DNA from: Candidatus Methylomirabilota bacterium
GTDB lineage: Bacteria; Methylomirabilota; Methylomirabilia; Rokubacteriales; CSP1-6
Length of the DNA: 64,000 nucleotides
Reading direction: 5' to 3'
Assembly: GCA_036397135.1 (NCBI GenBank)
Contig: DASWJN010000144.1
Span: forward strand, 266-64,265
The position numbers and the translations under genes were made by a program. Every line of letters starts with the position of its first letter. Position 1 is the first letter of the stretch. The notes beneath the pieces were generated by a model, which did not search any database, was not told the DNA's origin, and saw only the letters and a program-made list of their open reading frames with translations. Shown here one piece after another: positions 18,392-26,025 of this stretch.

Positions 18392-19597
18392 ATGCGCTAC
18401 GAGCTCATCTCCGCCGACTGCCACGTCGATCTCTGCTGGCTGCCGCCCGACCTCTTCACCACCAACGCCGGGCCGGGCATGCGCGACCGTATGCCGTACG
18501 TCACCGACGGTCCCCAGGGGAAGGTCTGGACGACGAAGAAGGGCGCCAACCTGGGCGTGATGAACGGGATGGGCTCGGCCGGTCGCCAGTACGTCCCCGG
18601 CAAGATCCATCGCGCCGACCGCATGGCCGAAACGGGGCTCTACGACGACGGCAAGCGCGGCATCCGCCGCCTGACCGACCCCGAGCTTCGCATCAAGGAC
18701 CAGGACCGCGACGGCGTGCAGGCCGAGGTGCTCTACGGCGTGCTCGGCGCCAGCAGCCGGCTGAACGATCCCGAGGCCGCGGTCGAGGTCATGCGGATCT
18801 ACAACGAGTGGCTGGCCGACGACTTCTGCGCGCGGCGGCCGGAGCGCTTCGCCGGGCTCGCCTCCATCCCCAACAACCCGATCGACGCCGCCATCACCGA
18901 GGTCGAGCGGGTGGCCAAGCGCGGCGTGCTGCGCGGCCTCGACATCGCCAACTCGCCCGACCTCAAGCCGCTGTGGGACCCGTACTGGAACCCGCTGTGG
19001 GAGGTCATCAACGGCACCGGGCTGCCGCTGCACTTCCACACGGTGGGCGGCTACGTGCCCGACCACATCCGCAAGATCATGCTGGTCGGCTCCGACCCCA
19101 CCCGGGCCACGCTGCCCGACGCGCCGGACGTTCCCCTGCCGGTCGCGCGCGCGGCGTTCGCCACCAACATCACCGCGTTCCAGCTCAACATGTCGAACGT
19201 GCTCACCTCGATGATCTTCAGCGGCGTGCTCGAGCACTACCCGCGCATGCGGCTGGTCCTCGGCGAGTCGGGCATCGGCTGGATCCCCTACGTCCTGTGG
19301 CGCATGGACGCCGAGTGGGAGGACCAGTTCAAGGACCTGTCGCTGACGATGCCGCCCAGCGAGTACTGGAAGCGCCAGTGCTGGGCGACCTACCAGACCG
19401 ACCCGATCGGCGTGAAGCTCCTCGACGAGCTGGGCGCCGACAAGGTCATGTGGGGCTCGGACTTCCCGCACCCGGACGGCGTCTGGCCGGATTCGAAGGA
19501 GTACATCGAGCGCGAGCTGGGACACCTGCCGGCGGCCGTGCGCCGCCAGATCGTCTGCGAGAACGCCGCCCGGCTCTACGGCTTCCCGCTCTCGTAG
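18392..19597 (+). CDS. amidohydrolase-2 family metal-dependent hydrolase
   Basis: ORF 18092..19597 trimmed to ATG 18392 (GGAGAAGGAG upstream; the longer ORF would read through repeat A). MRYELISADCHVDL...WGSDFPHPDG are typical Amidohydro_2 motifs. Confidence 0.75.
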   Translation: MRYELISADCHVDLCWLPPDLFTTNAGPGMRDRMPYVTDGPQGKVWTTKKGANLGVMNGMGSAGRQYVPGKIHRADRMAETGLYDDGKRGIRRLTDPELRIKDQDRDGVQAEVLYGVLGASSRLNDPEAAVEVMRIYNEWLADDFCARRPERFAGLASIPNNPIDAAITEVERVAKRGVLRGLDIANSPDLKPLWDPYWNPLWEVINGTGLPLHFHTVGGYVPDHIRKIMLVGSDPTRATLPDAPDVPLPVARAAFATNITAFQLNMSNVLTSMIFSGVLEHYPRMRLVLGESGIGWIPYVLWRMDAEWEDQFKDLSLTMPPSEYWKRQCWATYQTDPIGVKLLDELGADKVMWGSDFPHPDGVWPDSKEYIERELGHLPAAVRRQIVCENAARLYGFPLS

Positions 19598-19600
19598 CCG

Positions 19601-20827
19601 ATGACCGTCCTGCGCGGCGCGACGCTGATCGACGGCACCGGCGCGCCGCCGGTGCGCGACGCCACGCTCGTGATCCACGATGGCCGGGTGGAGAGCATCG
19701 CCACCGGCGCCGGCGGGCCGGGGCCGGCCGCGCAGGAGATGATCGACGTCTCCGGCCTGACCGTGCTGCCCGGGCTCATCGACTGCCACGACCACCTGGG
19801 CTTCCACGGCTACGAGCTGGCCGCGCGCTGGGGGCTGAGCGAACCGGCCAGCACGCGCAGCCTCCGGACCAGCCGCGTGATCGAGCGAACGCTGGCGGCG
19901 GGCTACACCACCGTGCGCGATGCCGGCGGCCTCGACGCCGGCTTCCGCGCGGCCGTCGACGAGGGGCTGATCCGCGGCCCGCGCCTGCTCACCGCCATCG
20001 CGATCATCTCGCCCATCGGCGGCATCGGCGACCGCGTGAGCCCCTCCGGCCACGAGTGCCTGGTTCCTCACGATCCCGCGCTGCCCGCCGGCGTGGCCAG
20101 CGGCGTGGAGGACGTCCGGCGCGTGGTGCGCACGATGATCCGGGCCGGCGCCGACGTCATCAAGTGCGCGACCACCGGCGGCGCCTCCTCGCGTGCCGGC
20201 CACGGCCCCCGGGATCCGGCGTTCGACCTCGACGAGATGCGGGCGCTGGTGGACGAGGCCCACGCGCAGGGCCGCAAGGTGATGTGCCACGCGCTCGGCG
20301 GCCCCGGGCTTCGGCTGGCGCTGGAGGCCGGCGTCGATTCGATCGAGCACGGCTGCTACCTCGACGAGGACCCCGAGCTGATCCTCATGATGGCCGAGCG
20401 CGGCGTCGTCTTCACGCCCACGCTGCTGGTCTACGAGTATCACCGCGAGTCGAAGGCGCCGCACGTGCGCGAACGGGCGCGGGCGCTGCAGGAGCATCAC
20501 CGCGAGAGCATCCGCCGCGCCCTGGCCGCGGGCGTGCGGGTGGTGGCGGGCACCGACGCCGGCGGCCACGGCCACCCGCCCAACGCGGGAGAGCTGCCGC
20601 TGCTCGTCGCGGCCGGCCTCACGCCGATGCAGGCCATCCAGGCCGCCACCGGCTGGGCGGCGGAATGCGTGGGACTCGAACGCGAGCTTGGCACGCTCGA
20701 GAAGGGCAAGCGCGCTGACCTGATCGCCGTGGCCGGCGATCCCCTCGCCGACGTCGGCGTGCTGGCCGACGCCGCCCGCATCCGGCTCGTCCTCAAGGAC
20801 GGCGCGGTTGCCGTCCGCCGCCAGTGA
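19601..20827 (+). CDS. amidohydrolase family protein (imidazolonepropionase/prolidase-like)
   Basis: 408-aa ORF LPGLIDCHDHL...VMCHA...IEHG...AGTDAG...ADLIAV.GDPL, the canonical amidohydrolase metal-ligand pattern. Confidence 0.8.
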   Translation: MTVLRGATLIDGTGAPPVRDATLVIHDGRVESIATGAGGPGPAAQEMIDVSGLTVLPGLIDCHDHLGFHGYELAARWGLSEPASTRSLRTSRVIERTLAAGYTTVRDAGGLDAGFRAAVDEGLIRGPRLLTAIAIISPIGGIGDRVSPSGHECLVPHDPALPAGVASGVEDVRRVVRTMIRAGADVIKCATTGGASSRAGHGPRDPAFDLDEMRALVDEAHAQGRKVMCHALGGPGLRLALEAGVDSIEHGCYLDEDPELILMMAERGVVFTPTLLVYEYHRESKAPHVRERARALQEHHRESIRRALAAGVRVVAGTDAGGHGHPPNAGELPLLVAAGLTPMQAIQAATGWAAECVGLERELGTLEKGKRADLIAVAGDPLADVGVLADAARIRLVLKDGAVAVRRQ

Positions 20828-20941
20828 CTCACGTGGAACCCGGTGACGCCGGGGGCGGCGAGGCCGGGGGTGGGGCGCGGGGGCCGCGCCCCACCGTCGG
20901 CCGCCCCATCCCCGGCGTCACCACGTCCCACGAGGGCCATT
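20823..20941. repeat. 119-bp palindromic MITE-like element, copy B (shorter member of the copy A family)
   Basis: Ends gtgactcacgtggaacccggtgacgccgggggcgg and ccccggcgtcaccacgtcccacgagggccatt share the ctcgtgg..ggtgacgccggggg termini with copy A. Central palindrome gtggggcgcgggggccgcgccccac. Confidence 0.7.
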
Positions 20942-20945
20942 GACG

Positions 20946-22136
20946 ATGGAGTTCGGGTTCACCGCCGAGGAGCAGGCCTTCCGCGAGGAGGTGCGCCGCT
21001 TCGTCGCCGACCACCCGGCCGAGCGCTTCCTGCTCGACGGCATGGACGCCGGCTACGGCTCCGGCGCCCACTCGCGCGCGTTCCTGAAGGAGCTGGGCGC
21101 CCGCGGCTGGCTCGCCATGACGTGGCCGCGCGCGTACGGTGGGCTCGAGCGCCCGATGTTCTTCAAGCTCGTGCTGTTCGAGGAGCTGGCGCGGGCGGGC
21201 GCGCCGTTCGGCCCGCTGGCCGGGTCCTGGCAGACCGCCGACGCGATCATCGAGTACGGCACCGAGCGATTGCGCCGCGAGCTGCTGCCGGCCGTCGCCC
21301 GCGGCGAGGCGACGTTCTGGCAGGGCTACAGCGAGCCGGGCGCCGGGTCCGATCTGCTGTCGCTCACCACCGAGGCCAAGCGCGACGGCGATCACTGGAT
21401 CATCCGCGGCCACAAGATCTGGTCGAGCCACGCCGGCATCGCCACCCATGGCCTCGTGTTCACGCGCACCAGCCGCGAGGCCCGCCGCAGCCGCGGCTTC
21501 AGCATGTTCGTGGTCCCCAACGGCACGCCCGGCATGGACGTCCGCCCCATCCGCAGCCTCACCGGCGAGGTCTACCACTACGAGGTCTTCCTCGACGAGG
21601 TGCGGGTGCGGGCCGACCTGATGCTCGGCCCCGAGGGCGAGGGCTTTCAGGCGCTGCTCAACGGCCTCGACTCCGACCGCTTCTGGGGCCGCTACTACAA
21701 GGCCCCCGCGCTGGAGCGCGTGCTGCGCCAGCTCGTCGAGTACGCCAACACGACGACCGTCAACGGCGCGCCGCTGGGGCGCGATCCCGTCGTCCGGCGC
21801 CGGCTCGCGGGCATGGCCACCGACATCGCGGCGCTGCGCGCGCTGTTCTACCGCGCCGCCTGTCTGCTGCGCGACGGCGCGCCGATCACCTACGAGACGG
21901 CGGTCGCCAAGGTCATGGCCGACGAGCTGGGCCAGAAGCTGGCGCGGCTCGGGATGGATCTGCTGGGGCCGTGGGGGCCGCTGCGCGAGGGCGCGCGGGG
22001 CGCCCGGCTCGGCGGCCGCGTCTCGCACGACTACCTGACGAGCCTCGGCCACACGATCGCCGGCGGCACGGCCGAGGTCCTCCGCACGACGATCGCCGTC
22101 CGCGGCCTCGGCCTGCCCGCCGACAAGCGTGCCTGA
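20946..22136 (+). CDS. acyl-CoA dehydrogenase
   Basis: ORF 20940..22136. ATG 20946 is preferred because TTG 20940 lies inside repeat B. MEFGFTAEEQAFREEVRRF...WQGYSEPGAGSDL...IAGGTAEVLR are typical ACAD motifs. Confidence 0.85.
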   Translation: MEFGFTAEEQAFREEVRRFVADHPAERFLLDGMDAGYGSGAHSRAFLKELGARGWLAMTWPRAYGGLERPMFFKLVLFEELARAGAPFGPLAGSWQTADAIIEYGTERLRRELLPAVARGEATFWQGYSEPGAGSDLLSLTTEAKRDGDHWIIRGHKIWSSHAGIATHGLVFTRTSREARRSRGFSMFVVPNGTPGMDVRPIRSLTGEVYHYEVFLDEVRVRADLMLGPEGEGFQALLNGLDSDRFWGRYYKAPALERVLRQLVEYANTTTVNGAPLGRDPVVRRRLAGMATDIAALRALFYRAACLLRDGAPITYETAVAKVMADELGQKLARLGMDLLGPWGPLREGARGARLGGRVSHDYLTSLGHTIAGGTAEVLRTTIAVRGLGLPADKRA

Positions 22137-22137
22137 G

Positions 22138-23238
22138 ATGGACTTCAACCCCTCGCCCTCGCAGCAACTGCTGATGGCGACCGCGCGCGATTTCCTGCGC
22201 CGGCACTGCCCGCCCGAGATGGCGCAACGCCTGGCGCTCGACGCGCGCGGTCTCGACGCCGCGCTCTGGCGGCGAATGGCCGAGCTGGGCTGGCCGGGGC
22301 TGCTCGTCCCCGGCGACTTCGGCGGCAGCGACGGCTCCCTGCTCGACGTGATCCTGCTCGTGGAGGAGATGGGCCGGGCCGGGTTGCCGGGGCCATTCGT
22401 GACGAGCGCGGTGGTGGCGACCTCGCTGCTCGTCGCGGCCGGCAGCCCCGAGCAGCACGAGCGCCTGCTGCCCGCGCTGGCGGCGGGCGAGCGGATCGCG
22501 ACGCTGGCGCTGGTGGAGGACGGCGGGTCGTTCGATCCGCTGGCGCTCACGCTCCAGTGCGAGGTGCCGGGCCGGTTGACCGGCACGAAGCTCTTCGTCG
22601 ACAACGCCCATCTGGCTGGCGACCTCATCGTGGCCCTGCGCGGCGGCGATCTGCTGCTGCTGCCGGTCGACCGCCCCGGGATCGCCCGACTGCCCCTCGA
22701 CACGCTCAGCGGCGAGAAGACGTTCGAGGTGACGTTCGACGCGGTCGAGGTGCGGGCCGAGGACCGTCTCGGTCCCGCCGGGCGCGGCGCGGAGGCGCTG
22801 GCGGCGGCGCTCACCGCCGGCGCGCTGGCCCGGACGGCGGAGATGGTCGGCGCCGCCCAGCGCGTGCTCGACCTCGCCGTGGAGCATGCCAGGACCCGCG
22901 TGCAGGGCGGCCGGCCCATCGGCGGTTACCAGGCCATCCAGCACGCCTGCGCCGACCTGGTGCGCGACGTGGACACCTCCCGCGGCCTGCTCTACGTCGC
23001 CGCCTGGACGGCGAGCGAGGGACTACCGGCCGGCGCCGACGTGGCGACGGCCAAGGCCTACGCAGGCGAGGCGTGCCTGACGGTCGCCCGGCGCGGCCAC
23101 CAGATCTTCGGCGCCATCGGCTACTGCGAGGAGCACCCGCTGCACCTGCTCCACAAGCGCATCCAGGCCGCGAGCGTCGACTTCGGCGACACCGGGCTGC
23201 ACCTGGAGACCGTCGCGCGGGAGATCGGCCTGCGGTGA
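22138..23238 (+). CDS. acyl-CoA dehydrogenase family protein (second subunit/paralogue)
   Basis: ORF 22129..23238. The ATG at 22138 follows the upstream stop directly. MDFNPSPSQQLL..ARDFL, IGGYQAIQH, QIFGAIGYCEEHPLH. Confidence 0.8.
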   Translation: MDFNPSPSQQLLMATARDFLRRHCPPEMAQRLALDARGLDAALWRRMAELGWPGLLVPGDFGGSDGSLLDVILLVEEMGRAGLPGPFVTSAVVATSLLVAAGSPEQHERLLPALAAGERIATLALVEDGGSFDPLALTLQCEVPGRLTGTKLFVDNAHLAGDLIVALRGGDLLLLPVDRPGIARLPLDTLSGEKTFEVTFDAVEVRAEDRLGPAGRGAEALAAALTAGALARTAEMVGAAQRVLDLAVEHARTRVQGGRPIGGYQAIQHACADLVRDVDTSRGLLYVAAWTASEGLPAGADVATAKAYAGEACLTVARRGHQIFGAIGYCEEHPLHLLHKRIQAASVDFGDTGLHLETVAREIGLR

Positions 23239-23970
23239 AGCGCACGCAGGCCCCGGCCGTCCGGCTCAAGCACCTGGGCGCGGCCGGCTGGGAGATCACC
23301 GCCGGCGACCTGACGATCCTGCTCGATCCGTACCTGTCGCGCCTGCGCTATCGCGGTCGGTTCGGCGGGGTCGACGCGCCGGCGTTCCCGGGCGACAGCC
23401 GCCCGGTGTTCGGCCCCGACGACGACTTGGTGCCCGACACGGCGACGATCGACGCCCACGTCGCGCGGCGAGGACTACGACTTCGGCGCGTTCTCGGTGA
23501 AGGTGGTCCCCAGCCTGCACTCGGCGCTGAACGGCAAGCACTACGTCGACTCCCGCGTCGTTCCCCGCGACTTCCGCGGACCCCGGCGGATGGACAGTGA
23601 CATCGAGGGCGGCACGCTCGCCTACTTCCTCCGCGTAGCCGGGCATCGCATCCTGTGGTTCGGCTCGATGAACTACGTCGAGCGTGAGGTGCAGGGGCTG
23701 CAGCCGGACGTCGCGATGATCGCGGCCGCCCGCCAGCGGCTGGAGATCCACGACGACACGGGCCGGCTGCTGCGGGCGCTCGGCCTCCCGCGGCTGGTGA
23801 TCGCAACCCACTGGAACGAGCAGTCGCTGCCGTTCGGGGCATCGCAGGACGCGCGGCTGCGCGAAGCCCAGATCTTCGTGAGGGAGGTCAAAGAGGTGTC
23901 GTCCCGGACGCGCGTGATCGTCCCACGGCACTTCGAGACACACGTGCTGCCCGGCAAGCGCCTCAGATGA
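23235..23970 (+). pseudogene. MBL-fold metallo-hydrolase with an internal deletion and frameshift (HxHxDH region missing)
   Basis: GTG 23235 (GTGA overlap) gives VRLKHLGAAGWEITAGDLTILLDPYLSRL...DTATIDAHVAR. At about 23464-23470 the sequence jumps frame to GEDYDFGAFSVKVVPSLHSAL...LVIATHWNE. No HxHxDH motif in any frame. Confidence 0.55.
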
Positions 23971-24301
23971 GATCTCGCTCGCCGTATCCGAGTGCATTCA
24001 TCTGGATGCGCCTGGATGCGCCTTGCGGCTCCGCCGATGCTCGTTTATGTTCGACCATGCGCGAACACAAGGGGTTCGAACGCGTGGGATCGACCGGCCC
24101 GCCGTCCAGCCCGATCCGGTAGGGGAGGCCGGTCTAACAGGTCGCTTGAGCGGGCCGGCACGAATCCGTGTGCGGACATCACACTGTCCAGCGCCGGCCG
24201 CTCAGCGCCGAGCCGTTCGCCGCACCAGTGGCCTGTCCACGGCGATCGCGTTCGGATTGGGTTATCCTGATGGTACTGCTGAGCGTGGCAAGGAGGCGCC
24301 G

Positions 24302-24484
24302 ATGGCGGCGGGCAGCGCCAAACAGAAGGTACTTGAGGTGATCGAGAAGCTTCCCGCGGATGCCACACTGGAGGACGCGATCGAGCGCCTGGTGCTCTTG
24401 GCGAAGACCGAGCGCGGGTTGGCGGAGCTGGATGCCGGGCAGGGCGTCGATCACGCCGAGGCGAAGCGTCGACTTCTCCGGTGA
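24302..24484 (+). CDS. antitoxin of a type II toxin-antitoxin pair (family not recognised)
   Basis: 60-aa reading MAAGSAKQKVLEVIEKLPADATLEDAIERLVLLAKTERGLAELDAGQGVDHAEAKRRL after AGGAGG. Its stop overlaps the toxin start (GTGA). Confidence 0.55.
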   Translation: MAAGSAKQKVLEVIEKLPADATLEDAIERLVLLAKTERGLAELDAGQGVDHAEAKRRLLR

Positions 24485-24768
24485 CCCGGGTCGTCTGGGC
24501 GCCTCAAGCAATCCAAGACGTCGAAACGATACGGGCCCATGTCGCCCGTGACTCCGCTCACTATGCCGAACTTGTGGTCGAACGGATCGTCGCGGCCGTG
24601 GAGCGGCTCAGGGACCATCCTCGTTCTGGACGTGTGGTGCCTGAGCTTGGCGACGAGTCGGTCCGCGAGGTCATTCACGGCAACTTCCGAATCGTCTACC
24701 GTCTGCGACATGACGTCGTCGAGATCGCGACCGTATTTCATGGCGCCCGCCTGTTTCGCCTCGACTGA
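24481..24768 (+). CDS. RelE/ParE family toxin
   Basis: 95-aa ORF VVWAPQAIQDVETIRAHVARDSAHYAELVVERIVAAVERLRDHPRSGRVVPELGDESVREVIHGNFRIVYRL, a typical ParE/RelE pattern. Confidence 0.8.
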   Translation: MTRVVWAPQAIQDVETIRAHVARDSAHYAELVVERIVAAVERLRDHPRSGRVVPELGDESVREVIHGNFRIVYRLRHDVVEIATVFHGARLFRLD

Positions 24769-24912
24769 CGACGATGCCCTCCGAGCGTCGAACTTCCCGA
24801 TGAACCCGACAGGCTCTAGAGAGAATGGGTGGCGGCTGAGCGACCGGGAACACAGGTAACAGAATAAACCGGCACCATGGTGACAGTTCACGGCGAAGCC
24901 CGGATGATGTAG

Positions 24913-24993
24913 TGCGTTCGTCGACGCGTCCGAGCAGCACGTGGCAGAAGTGAATGGACCAGATCCCGTCGTCGACTTCCTCGAGGCTGACCG
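24913..24993 (-). mobile_element. remnant of the C-terminus of a DDE (rve-type, IS481-like) transposase
   Basis: The minus strand reads VSLEEVDDGIWSIHFCHVLLGRVDER, which resembles the conserved C-terminal ...GLEEVDDGIW.V.FGP..LGR.DER tail of IS481-like transposases. No catalytic domain is present. Confidence 0.4.
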
Positions 24994-25013
24994 ATGAGGC
25001 GTCGGACAATCGA

Positions 25014-25090
25014 AGCGTCGAGGCGATACGAGCGCATGTTGCCCGCGACTCCGCCCACTCGTGCCTGAGCCTGGCGACGAGTCGATCCAG
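25014..25090 (+). pseudogene. fragment of a second ParE/RelE toxin copy with an internal deletion
   Basis: SVEAIRAHVARDSAH then VPEPGDES aligns at DNA level with 24520-24565 and 24631-24660 of the intact toxin. The roughly 70 bp in between is missing. Confidence 0.5.
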
Positions 25091-25366
25091 AACCCGCCGG
25101 CGGCTCCGCGGTTGCACGCGGCGATCCATGTCATCGTCGAGAATCAGGTGGCCATGGGCGATGAGCTTCCGGTCCGCCGGGTGCTGGAACGCTTGCGACG
25201 GGAAGGCCTCGACCGTCACGAGGCGATTCACGCCATCGGCTCGGTGTTGGCGAACCACCTGTCCGACCTGCTGGCCACCGGCCCGCGGACCGTCGACGCC
25301 CATGCACCCTACTGGACCGAACTGGAGCGCCTGACGGCGGAACGCTGGCAATCGGTCGGGAGGTGA
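25061..25366 (+). CDS. N-terminally truncated DUF1841-like protein fused to the toxin fragment
   Basis: NPPAAPRLHAAIHVIVENQVAMGDELPVRRVLERLRREGLDRHEAIHAIGSVL resembles the NPFLHL..H..I.EQ...HEA.H core of DUF1841. The usual N-terminal part is absent. The stop overlaps the GNAT start (GTGA). Confidence 0.35.
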   Translation: MPEPGDESIQNPPAAPRLHAAIHVIVENQVAMGDELPVRRVLERLRREGLDRHEAIHAIGSVLANHLSDLLATGPRTVDAHAPYWTELERLTAERWQSVGR

Positions 25367-25842
25367 TCGCGTCCATCGAGCGGCTGAACGGCCCCCCGGC
25401 CGACTGCCTTGGCCCGTTGATCGCGGAGAGCGAGGCGCACGGCCTGCGCTTCGTCCGGCGGCTCGCCGACGAGTGGACCAGCGGCATCAATCGCTTCGAG
25501 CGTCCCGGCGAGACGCGGCTCGTCGCCGCGATTGGCGAGCGCATCGTCGGCGTCTGCGGGCTCAACGTCGACCCGTACGCCGCCCGGCCGGACGTCGGCC
25601 GAGTGCGGCACCTGTACGTCCTGGGGGCGTGCCGGCGGCTCGGAGTTGGTGAGCAGCTGGTCACCGCGGTCATCGAGGCGGCCCGAGGCAAGTTCGAGCG
25701 CCTCCGCCTGCGCACGGAGAATCCCGCGGCGGCGCGGCTCTACGAGCGGCTCGGGTTTCAAAGGCAGCTCGATGTCCCCGACTGCACGCACATCATGGAT
25801 CTGCGCCCCGGTAGTCTCGGTTCGGCTTGTACTTCCCGGTGA
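25363..25842 (+). CDS. GNAT family N-acetyltransferase
   Basis: 159-aa ORF. RVRHLYVLGACRRLGVGEQLVTAVIEAAR...LYERLGF is the acetyl-CoA binding motif A region. Confidence 0.8.
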   Translation: MIASIERLNGPPADCLGPLIAESEAHGLRFVRRLADEWTSGINRFERPGETRLVAAIGERIVGVCGLNVDPYAARPDVGRVRHLYVLGACRRLGVGEQLVTAVIEAARGKFERLRLRTENPAAARLYERLGFQRQLDVPDCTHIMDLRPGSLGSACTSR

Positions 25843-26020
25843 GCCGGCCTCGCCGGTCCACCTTCCAGGCGCCGATGATCCGGTCGGGCGGCACCACGTC
25901 GTTGGGCCCGAACGTCCCGTCGACCACGTAGACCCAGCCGCCCGGGTTCCGCCGGGCCTCCTCGTGCATCGCCGGCGTCGGCTCCGGCGGGACCTTCTTC
26001 CGGCGCCGGAACGGCCACAT
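25793..26020 (-). CDS. small conserved hypothetical protein downstream of hyuB
   Basis: 75-aa ORF MWPFRRRKKVPPEPTPAMHEEARRNPGGWVYVVDGTFGPNDVVPPDRIIGAWKVDRRGRLTG, 5 nt after the hyuB stop. Its 3-prime end overlaps the convergent GNAT gene. Confidence 0.4.
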   Translation of the reverse strand: MWPFRRRKKVPPEPTPAMHEEARRNPGGWVYVVDGTFGPNDVVPPDRIIGAWKVDRRGRLTGKYKPNRDYRGADP

Positions 26021-26025
26021 CGCGC

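Noticed and set aside
24060-24085. GGGGTTCGAAC resembles a tRNA T-loop. Possible tRNA or tRNA-fragment attachment site next to the accessory islet. A similar GGTTCGAAC occurs near 6203-6212.
   Set aside because: The flanking bases do not form a T-stem, and I could not build an acceptor or anticodon arm. Not supportable as a tRNA or tRNA fragment by eye.
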